64,000 nucleotides of DNA from Thalia democratica (Eukaryota): contig OZ241834.1 of the NCBI GenBank assembly GCA_965202585.1, positions 37,200,001 to 37,264,000 of the forward strand. The letters are read 5' to 3'. The notes below the pieces were generated by a model. That model ran no database searches. It was given only the letters and a program-made list of their open reading frames with translations, and was not told where the DNA came from. The translations under genes and the position numbers were made by a program. This document shows, one piece after another, positions 11,600 to 23,200 of this stretch (the stretch's first letter is position 1; each line of letters opens with the position of its first letter).

Positions 11600-12422
11600 G
11601 GAAAACGTGCTCTGTATTCCCTCCTTGACGTGTCACTGGTCTCCGGTCGCTCAGTTTCTGGCACTCGACGTTGGTCCGTCTCGTTTACAGAATCTTGATG
11701 AACGTGGCTTGATCTTCTTTCGTTTCCTTTCCGTGAACGGAGCGTGGCGATAAAATACAATATAAATAGGCACGATGATATAAATATGTATAAATATTAC
11801 AATACAAGTACAATAGTAAGTAGATACGATAGTATAAATATGTATAAATATTACGACAGAATTATTTAAAAGTACGAAAACAACTTGTTCGTAGAAGTGT
11901 AGCTAAGGTTGACGCCACAGTCTGTGTGGGCTTGCTCGATAAGATAAATGTTCAAGTTTGTTTCCTTGAACGCTGAGGACTCAATCGTGGAATTCAGTGT
12001 TCAAATTGATCCAAAGAAGTTGTCTGCTACAGTATGCGTAGGCTTATGAGTATGGCACGTTAACAACTCAAATCGAGTTGTTCGCCCCGTCGACGTTGTT
12101 GAATAAGAAGGTTTTCTCGGGTGTCATCTAGCTATTCCAAGATGGCGACTAATGTTCAGAGCGCCAAGAGAAAGTTTTTCCAAAGTTTAGCTAGATTTTC
12201 CAAGATGGCGGCTAACGCTCAAATTTGCGAGCAGCAGAGTGTCGCTTCGTGCTTGTTTCGAGGTAAATGACCTGCTTCACGCTCTGATTGGGCGTGTTTA
12301 TAGTTTTTCGATTCTTTTTCTAGAATTACCAATAATCACGCGATCTCTCATTTGATTCTCTCATTTTCCTGGACTTTGGACTGTAGATCACTTGATCTAT
12401 CATTTGATTCTCTCATTTTCCC
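11600..12422. promoter_or_regulatory. CpG-containing promoter-like island with two YY1-type motifs (CAAGATGGCG at 12138 and 12201), CCAAT boxes (12287-12291 reverse, 12329-12333) and a duplicated 27-bp motif (12343, 12396)
   Basis: The motifs are seen directly and the GC/CpG content is much higher than the flanks. The direction and target gene are unresolved. Confidence 0.5.
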
Positions 12423-12636
12423 TTAGCCACACCCATAAACAAGCTATTTCTAGTTCAATCAAGAAATCAAAGACAAAAATCATTTTAACTAGCACTTATT
12501 TTGTTTGTGAAAAATAGTTTTTTAGGGAATTAGTTTTACTATATTTATTTGTTGTTTTTTTTAAAGGAAAAATATAATATCAAGTTATTAAAATTTGGAC
12601 ACAAGGCAAAATAAGATTTTGCATAAGTGTCCTACA

Positions 12637-12700
12637 CTAGGACCTAGTGTACGAAGAACCTTTCGGTTATCGAGTAAAATAGAATATATCTTGTCTTTAA
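12637..12700. repeat. Isolated copy of the dispersed GAACCTTTCGGTTATCGAG repeat module (other copies near 37540, 61900 and 62165)
   Basis: taggacctagtgtacgaagaacctttcggttatcgag matches taggacctgttgcacgaagaacctttcgcttatcaag at ~37544. Confidence 0.6.
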
Positions 12701-15700
12701 AATGCATGTACTTAACAAAATGATCAAAACGCTAAATTTTTAAACTATAGCTGCAACAAACATTTTTTTATGCAAATCAAAGTACTTATAATGTATACAA
12801 CTTATATTAAACTAGATTGTCTAATATAGATAAATAGCCTTTACCGTTCTTAGTAATGCTATAAAGCGTAGTTGCCAAAATTCTGGAAAGAAAGAATTTA
12901 GAATACTGAATAAATGTACATCTTGTTTTACTAAAAACTTAATTATCAAGTAATTTTTTGCAAATTTTTTATAGAAATCAAGCAATTTTTCTGCAAAGCT
13001 TTTTTTTTAGCTATTTATTCCAATTTATTTATATTGTACGGAGATTCTTATTGTAATCTACAAAAAGCAATACCTTTTAGATATTTTGTTGTTCAACCTA
13101 TCATTTTACTTGAAATTTATGATTTTTTATTAGGTTCCAAAAACTCAGTCAATTTTGGTTTTAAATGTTATGAAAAGTAAAGATAAACAACAGTTAAAAA
13201 TTGTTAGGTTTTTAAGTGATTGGTTCTAGTCATATACTTGAAAATTGTTTTTGTACAAAAAAATTATTTCTAGTTCCTTTTTGAACTTAAAACTTTGAGA
13301 AAATGACTCGTTTACTTTAGCTACAATAGAATTAGAGTTTAAAAAGTTAACATTTGGCTAATCGACCTATCCTACTTTGTTTTTATATTAAAAAATTACT
13401 TCAAAGTTTTTAATAAAGAATAAAATAGCGCATTCTATATTGAGAAAACAAAACTTTCTGAATGATCTTCAAATTTTTAATATTTTGGTTATTTTGAAAT
13501 GAAAACAAAAAAAAAATATTGCTTACTACTAGTTTCTTTTATAAAATTTACTTTAATAATTATATAAATTTACTTGTAAAATTCTTACTTTTATATCTTG
13601 TTTGTTTTGGCTAAATTTTATCTGTATATGCTATGTAGTATGTACAAGTTTTATAGAACTAAATGTTGAAAACTGGTCTAATTATGTTAAGTATAAATTT
13701 GTAATAAATTATTTTGTGACATTTTTATGCGATAAATTAGATAATAAAATTGAGTTAATTCAAATGTATAGCAAAAGTGTATTATTAGTATGATTTGAAA
13801 ACTTTTAAAACATTTTAAAACTAAAGTTTAATATTATTTTACTATTTTTTACTAATAAAAAACTAACACAAACCATGAAAGCATAATATTAGTATAGGTT
13901 TTGTTTGAAAAACGTACTAAAAAATGCAAATTAAAACATTTTTTAATATTTCAAATCTATTTAAATTTAAGTTTACTTAAATAACTACTAAAATAACTAG
14001 AAAAAACTGAAAAGCACATTTAAATATTTTCAAATTTTACCTACATGTTGCATTGTTGCATATAAATAGAAATTTTAAATAGTGTTTTTGATTTTTATTA
14101 GAACATTAAAATGCTTAAACAAATTGTTTCTTAATCGTTGAAGTTATTACTTGTTGTGTGTTTATCTTAGTATACTTATGGTTAGTTTTGTGTATAATGA
14201 TATATGTTTGCTAGTTTTGGTTTGTTGATAAGAAAAACTAACATGTGTAGATTTGTTAGTAAACATACGTGTATTGTAGATTTATTGTTTTCTTATTTGT
14301 TAAAACTTATTTCAACTTACTTTATTGCAGAAACTAGTTTAAAAGCTTTTTGTTTTGGTTTTTTTATTATTTTACTTTAATTTAACTATATAATATTTAA
14401 AAGCTTCAATTTTATACTTTTTTTTTAGCTTTTATTAATGTTATTACAGTAAAGTGTATTTATAGTTTCTTAGTTAAGAGAGTCTTTAAAATTTAATGCA
14501 ATTATCCTAGTATTAAATTGTTGTGCTTTGTCAACTACTGTTTGTAGGTTTACTCTGTTGGAAATGATCGCAGGTTTGCATCTTTGTTGATGTTTTTTTG
14601 TTATAGCCCCGGTGAACACTTGCTTGAGGATTTGAGCTTCATGATTTTTTACACTTTGGGATTTTTTTGTTGAGATATTAATCATCTGAGTGTTCTAAAA
14701 ATGTCGTATCACCAGATTTTTTCTTGTTTGTTTTAGTTTTTTATTTTATGGGGCAGGTAAAATTATACGCAATCTAACATACTCGCTTTTGACCAAGAAA
14801 ACGTTTACCAATACAAAGAGTGAATGATGTTTTTTTACCAACAAGAAAAATAAAAGATAAGTTTACTTAGTTTATCAAAAACCGGCGAGCAAAATTTTAT
14901 ACTTGAACATCGTACGTAATTATCTAAATTAATTTCAACTAAGAATATCTAAAACTAAAGTATATCTTTGATTTAGCACCATACTATAGTAAAATTAAAC
15001 CAGAGTTTAAAAAAATTATTAAAAGTACTTATTTTGATAGATAGTTGTTGCTGAACTATAATTGTTTTTTTTTAGTGATTAATTTATTACCAATTAAATA
15101 ATATCTTATAGCATAGTTTTAGTTTGTGTAGTATCAATAACATGTTTATTTAAGCAAAATTTTTAGAATGATTGTAACAATTGTTTGTGTTTTTAAGATG
15201 TTTTTATAGTAATATAAACCGACAATTAATGTTACAACCAAAGTATTAAAATTGAAGTTTAACTCTAATTGTTCCAACTATTTCTTTTTCCAATATAAAC
15301 TTTAAAACATCAAAACGTAGATAATGCTTTATATTTTTAGTAGAAGAATTGGTTTTGCTATACCACGGTAAGGTAAGGGTAAAGTAGAACTATTTTTTAC
15401 AACAACGATATCGTAATCATATTTGATGGGTTCATTTTCAATATTTCTCTATAGATTTTTGGTTTAATTTTTTTTTCATTTATGAGTAATAAATTTGCAT
15501 TGTTTTTTTAAAAAATAAGCTTAACCGGGAACACTTCAAAAAGGTTAAATTTAACGTTTTAGTTTATTTAAGACGTTTTAATATCAAATAGACAATAATA
15601 ATTATCTCAATTTAATACTTTCGTTTAAAAGAGTTTTTATATATTCATTAAGTCATAAATAGCTCTAAAATAAAATTAAATAATCCGTTACTTTGTTTTT

Positions 15701-17213
15701 TATTAGAACAAATACGTTTATTATTGAAAATGGCTTTATAGTCATTTAAAAATGGTATAATTCAAAAAGTTTAAGTGAAAAAATAATATTTTTTCTAAAC
15801 TGTATCTTTTAAATAGTTTTTATTTCTTGGCTTTTAAGATAAATTAGGAGTAGTAGATGATAACTTGTATTAAACAAATTTTACAAAAAATAACGAAATT
15901 GTTAGTTGTTTAATTTTTTTTTTTGTAAAACATTAGAAGGTTTATTATTAAAAAATGATTTAAAGAAAAAAACAAGTTCGATTAATGAAAGAAGTTAGAT
16001 AAGATAAAAACTTCTTCTTTATAGCTAGCAAATTAGTATAAAAAAACTTAAATACAGCGAACATAGAAAAATCTCAATTTTTATAGAATCTCAAAAACTT
16101 TTGAGATAGTTAAGAAATGTTTATTTATAAAACTGTTCTGATTTAATCATAAAAAAAAAATAAAGATTTTTTGTATTTTAGACATTTTATAATATTTTAT
16201 TAATGGAAATGGTATAAATTTTAAATTATTTTAACATTAAACTTGAAGCATAAAGACAAGCAATCATTAAAAGTTTAGAAAAGTTAGATAAAAGTTAAAG
16301 ATATACGTACAAATAATATTTAATCATTTTGCATAAGTAAGATTTTCAGTTAAGTATAATAAGCAAATTGTCAGAAAAATAAAATGTACTAGTTGAAGAA
16401 TTGTAAGAATTTAGATTCGATAGGAAATATAAAACTTTGGTCGTACTGTTTAAAAAGGAAAAAAAATCAAACTTTTAGTGCATTCCATGTGTTAATCATA
16501 GCTAATCATCCTTAAAAAGTAACAGAGTTAAGCTTTTTTCCAAACGTTATTTTACTTGATATAAATTTGAAATTTTTCTGAAAATTATCAACAAAGTTCT
16601 ACTTTATATTAAATTTTCATTTCAGCGCATAAGAGAAGTAAAGTAAAAAAAATACTATGATTAAAAAGCTTGCATCTATAAAACAAGGGTCAAGAATCTC
16701 TCTGTGTGGGTGAAATAACACTCATAAAAGTTACAAGTTAAGAAAGGGGACTGCTTAAACATTTATGAGATTAATACGTTTCCTTACTTAAACAAAAATT
16801 ATAAGCTTACATGCTTTAAAATTTATAAATACACTGTTTAAACTTGTTGAAAACTTTTTATACTTTTATTAAAAGTATAACAGCTGTCTAAGAACCTACT
16901 AAAGTGATTTAGAACAGTACAAGAACTGTTTATTAATTTCTTTGTTTCGTAAAACATCTATCTTTTTTTTTTAAAGTACCGAAGTCTTGGTTCAAAAAGT
17001 ATCTTTTATAGAATTTTTTTTTAATTTTTTAAATTAAATTTTAAGACAATTGCTAACATTCTTAAACAAAGGAACCCCTGAGCTGATCCTAGATTACTTT
17101 TGATATTTAAATAAGATTTTGTGTAATGTTTATAAAAAACGTTTTCAATCGATAAATTTCAAAAACTCAATTTGAATCAGTTTAGATTCCGCTCCATACA
17201 GCTGTACCGAATC

Positions 17214-20200
17214 TTACTTGAAAATTTTAACAATTTTGTTGATGACAAATGCGCACGCGAACTGATACAAAACAACCGCTAGGAGATGCATTGAGAAGCA
17301 AACAGCTGAAAACATTAAGTTTGTATGTTCACCGAGGACCCAAGGTTCAGAACCGTACAAGATTCTTGCTACCTGAAAAAACGTGTTTTTCGAGTAACAA
17401 AAAGAGCTTTGTGAAAATGTTGTTAAATCTACCCTAATACATTTCAGTCTGTAGAGTTTAAATTATCAGAAGCATTTATAGAAACAAAAAACTTAAATTA
17501 AATTAATATAGTATTAATAGTTGTAAAAAGAACGACAAACTTGAATTTATTTTTATGAAATAACAATACAACCAAGTCATAATGTATACTAAATAGATTT
17601 AGTCTAAAACAATGATTCGATGTGCTTAAAAACAACTGATTTTTATTTCACACTATAAATTTATCTAAAAAATATCAAATAAGGCTTTTATTTATGCAAA
17701 AAGTATGATTTTTAAAAGTAAATATGTTACCTACTTTTAAGAAACATTTTTATTCTAACCTCCTATTCATTGTACGAGGTTATAACTTGCCAGTATAAAT
17801 TAATTATATTTCTGTTTCGATTTACTTTAAGTTATGAAATTTTTATAAAAGTTTAAAACGTAATTTGTTGTTTGTATAAATGTTTTAAAAAGTCAAAGTA
17901 GAAGTCATATTATAATATAAACCTCTACATAACAAAAATAAATTCATTTTAAACTAGCGTCTTAAAATATTAAAGATCTTGGTTTGTCCAACAAGATGTT
18001 ATCTGTGCTAGAAAGTAAAGTATAATCAATACTTAATTTGAAAGTTGATTTGTTTCTAATGTTCTTGTGACTTAACAAACAGATAAGTCTAGTAACAAAA
18101 AAAAAGTTCACGAAACCTTTGCTTACAAAACATTATCTAGGTCTAAACAAACTTTCAATAAAAACAAAAAACAATGTAATCAATAAAGTTACAAAATTAT
18201 TTCTTATAAAAAGTTTAGTAGACCAGTATAAACGATAGTTGTTTTAATTTTGAGACAAAGACACATTTACATTATCTCAAAAGCTTTCGCAGCCAAAAAT
18301 ATCATTATCTTAGTATAATGTTTGCAACTAAAATATTTCACAAACAATTTTCTATAAACATATTTTTGTACGATAGTAACAAGTGTTGTATATCATCAAG
18401 TTTTATATTTGTATGTTTAAACATATTTTTTAGTAAAACTAAAACAATAATCAATTAATTGAAACAAATTTTTTTTTTACAAATGATTTTTAGTTTATAA
18501 GGCTTAAACTGTAAGTAATCTAAAGAGGCTAAAATAAAATGAAATATTATAATGTATATACTAAAAATTTTATCTAAAGGAATACATTTTACTTATTCTA
18601 TAAATGCACAACTTAATATTTCAAAACGTGATTGATTATTGAAAATCAACCTATTTTTAAGATAATCCTATGAGTTTATAGAAAATATTTGATTTAATTT
18701 AGTACTTATTTAAAAAAACAGTACAGACTTTGGTCTGTAAATATGTTTAGTTAATAAAAACTAAAAATAAAAATTAATTTTAAACTTAACCAATTACATT
18801 ATAGTAAATTGCCTAATACAATAATGAACAAAATAAAATTTATTTTGTAAAAATGTTCTTATATAAAATAGAAAATTGTAGTGTTTGTAGTTTAAGAGAC
18901 TGCTTGAAAAATATATTTAAAAAATATTTTCTTGAAAAACTATTCAATGACTTATTACTTTAAATCGTACGTTTTAGTTTTTATCCATTTATAAACTTAA
19001 AAGAACTTTTAATTATTCAATCGCTTTTGAAATGTATATAGTTTTCAATGTGTATAAACTTTTTCAAAGATTTTCATAAAGTTATGAATCATTTATTTTC
19101 TTGCAAAAATGGTTTAAAAGGTCTAAAAGGTCGATGAAAAACCAAGCACTTGTTAAATTACACAAGTGTTTTCAAACAAAACTGAATTACTTTTAAACCA
19201 ACTTCTTTAAATATTAAAGATGTTGTTTTGTCAAACAAGAGTATAACAATTTTATCTCAACTAAAAAGTGAGAATAAATCAATAAATAAACTTTTTTTTT
19301 TGATTTGTTTGCTATTGTTAGTTGATAAAGATGAAAAAAGAAGTACTTTAGAACTCATTTTGTAAATATTTTTTACTTTTTTGAATTCGAACTTGTTTCA
19401 CAACATCCTCGTTAAATATTAAAGTTCTTTTTTGTTGAACAAAATACTTATTTGTGCTGGAAAGTAAAATATAATCAATACTTATGTCGAAATTTGGTTT
19501 GTTTCTTTAATTTTTTATAACCTACTAACAAAACAACAATTTCTATGTTTTGAAAAATAAAAATAAAGGTTTCACACAGTTTCGACTTGCATATCCTAGA
19601 TTTAAATTTTTTTTTACCATTCTAAACATATTTAAATTAATAAACTAGTTGTAAAAATTGTAATTATGAGTTTAATTAACAAATATAAACAGTTTGTGTA
19701 TTAAGCGAAGAAAAGCTAAACATCTTATATTTAGGTCAAAATGACTTAAAATTTTACTACGAAAGCAATAAACTAAATACAAAACAAGCTGTTTTGTTTT
19801 GAAATGTTTTGTCGTTTTATAAAAACAGAGGCATTTTTATCCCTTAACAAAAAGTACATAACCTCGTTTTAAAAATACCTAAGGCAGAACGAAACCTAAT
19901 TATGTTACAGATGTTAAAATCAATACGAAAATCTTATAACAAAATAATATTAGGTCAGTAAGAATGGCGTTTGTTCGAGTTTTGGTTTTTCTTCTCAGAT
20001 CAAAGGTTATAAGTTTAAAACTAGGTCAAAATTTTTTGATAATATCTTTCCATTATTTGCCTTAAAACTAGTTATATTTTTACACTGTATTTACTAAACA
20101 TTAAATATATAGTTTTTCAAACCTTTACAGTTTTATTTTTGAAAATACAAGTTTGGAAATTATTGATGAACTAAAATAAGTTTATTTGCTGTCTTTAACC

Positions 20201-23200
20201 GTTTAACTATTATAAAAGTATCTACAAAAAAAAAATTAAACACCTGCTGATATTAATAGGTAAAGAAAGGTTGTAAACTAATATCAGTATATAAATTAAA
20301 AAACTACTAAATAACTGCAGCTAACTTATATAACATTATGAAGAATTATAAGTATTTAAACGGGTGGACAATTTCATGTTATTTAGTCAAACTAAATTAC
20401 AGTCTTTTATTAGTGCAAGTATTTTATGGTCTGTTTGTCAAACAAAATTAAGTCTTTTGTTAAATACTAAAAGTGCCAATCAAAATACATACTTGTTTTT
20501 CGGTTCCTAAAGTAGCAGTTATGACATCATAGTAGAAGCCATAGTAGATACAGCTTGGGTTAAACTGTTAAAACTAGGTTTTCCAAAGTGGGCAGTACTG
20601 CCGATCAAAGAAAAATAAGTATTAGGAACAATACTTAAGAAAGGGACGATTATTTTTCAAATTTAAACCAAGTGGGCGACTACAAAAATGGGTCAGGGAA
20701 ACCTAATTTGAATTTATAAAACTTTTGCGGATTTGTTGTAACTTTCTTTTTAAGTTTTGCCAATTAAATCTTTTAAAACAGTTCAGTTTATAAGCCAAAG
20801 TTTAAATTTTAATATTTACCACTTAATCTACAGCAAAAACAACCAACTTAAACCAATTCATTAGAATAAAAGTATAAAAATATTTAAAAAAGAAGTAAGC
20901 AATAAAAACAAAAATTAAATTAATTAACTAAAAGTTATCAAAAAACTTAAACAAACTTGTATGAACCAGGTTCCTTGCAAAATGATCGAAGTTCCGATTC
21001 CCACCTGAACGATTATTGTGACGTCACTGTTCGGCGATGACGTCACGTGACGACTGGCAACGTCATCCGTTGCCATGGAGTTGTTGACGTCATTGCTGCT
21101 CGTCGTCAGGGGAATGTATTCGGAAGCTGATTGGTTTAAATCGTTTCCACTTCCTGGGAAAATATTATATTGGTAATTAATTTATTTCTTAATTAAAATA
21201 TTAGTTTTTACATACTTAAAATTAAAAAAAAAATAATTTCTCGGTATTTTACTTGTTATGTACAATGCTTATTTTGCAGTTAGTTCAATTGTAGTATGAT
21301 TCAAAAGTTAAAATTACTATAAGTTTAAATTTATAACGTTGAAAACAATAAATAAATTACTTGAATTTTAAAGTATAGTGTTACAATATAACGCTTAATA
21401 GATTTTTATAATTTTGTGATTACAAAAAAAAATCATTTATGTGCTAAATAAGTTAGAAAAATAGTAGCTGGAAATTACAAAGCTATAAAAAAATAAATTG
21501 GCAGAAATAGTGCATTATTTAAATATTTAAGCTGAGTTTGTCATTTATAAAAATATTTCGAGCATCAACAAATAAAAAACAAACTCCTGTTATACATCAA
21601 TGTCAATAAATAACTACTTTGTGTTTTAAAGTTAAGCAGGAAATCTAAAATAATGCTCTGGCGTCCTTGAGTCTAAAGAAACTATTTGTTTGATGCATTC
21701 AAACTTTTTAGGTTTAAAATTAAAATTTTTTTCTTTTTGATGCTTGTCGATACAACATGAAAGTTTTCGAGAAAATGCCGCCTTTTTTGTCAAGAATATA
21801 TTTTCAGTTTTATTTTTGTAAAAAACATACAAAGGAAAAAGTCGACAAAACTTTTGAATAATTTATACTTTTCTTGCAACTGAGCTAATGCCATCTAAAA
21901 GCCAATTTTCGTAGATTTTTCACTATTTTATCACAAAAACCACAAAAGAATGTTATAAATTTGAAGCTCAATTTTTAATTTGTTGTAATTTTGTATGTAA
22001 GAGTATTAATTAAAAAAAGAATAAAAGTATACAAACTTAAGTTATTTTGACTAACTAGTATTTTTTGTAGAACTGATTTTTCATACTTGTTTAACAATTT
22101 TTTTTTGATTTTTTTTTTCCTTTCAGCTTTATGAAAATTGACGAGTAAAATATTTGTTTTACTACTTTTGTTAAAAAACATGTTTAAGTCTTTAAAACTT
22201 TTATTTGCGTAAGTTATGAATTAAAAAAGACAGTAACCTTATATTAGCTGGATTAGTATATACTGTTTAAATGAAAAAACAACATTTTTTAAACTCAATA
22301 TTATCGTTTTATAGTATTTTCCATTAAAAAAAGATTGAAAACCTTAAAGTTTGATATATGATATTTATATAGTTTCGATTTTACGTGTGAATAGTTTGAA
22401 ATTTTGTTTTTTGACCTCATAACATTACTTAAATTTGTTTACTTTAACTTAATCCTTTAAAATAAACAGTATAAAAGCTTTTTGAAGTATATTTTAGAGT
22501 AAACCAAAATGTACGTAGTATTTACTTTTCATACCACAAAATTTAAACAATATTTCACACAGTTGGCAACTTAAACATTATTACTAAGTTCTAAGGTATT
22601 ATACAACAAAGAAAAGTATGAGAATACAAATTCTAAAGTCATAAAATAAAAGTTGAAAGAAAAATAAAGTTTTAACGGCTTTTAACAAATAGCTTACTAA
22701 AATGTTACTGTTTAGATTATAAGACTTTAGTAAAATATCGTTTGTTTATACAACGTTTAGTAACATTTTCACAAATTTTTGCATAATTAAACAAAAGAAT
22801 TTATTAAAAAGCTTATCTTTTATTTTATTATATTTGTAGCTGACGAAAACAACAACAATCTTTACTACATAATTCTAAGAACGAAAATAAACAATTTAAT
22901 TACAAAGAATTCTTGTTTGGTTTAAATTTGTGCGTAGTGTAGTATACTTGTTAGTTTAAAATATTTTAAAACCGCTACATAGACCCACTGTTATTACGAA
23001 TCAAATATTGTCAAATCTAAACAATTGGTTAAAAGTTTTAACATTGAACAGTCTTTCTGAACTTTGAAACATTTTCTTTTAAACAAAAGCTACTTAATTT
23101 TTAAATTCTAACAAAGAACAAAGCAATTCTTTATTTGTAACATGTTTAAGCATTATTTGGCTACAAATCAAAAATCAGTGAACTATGGTATGAAGTAAAA

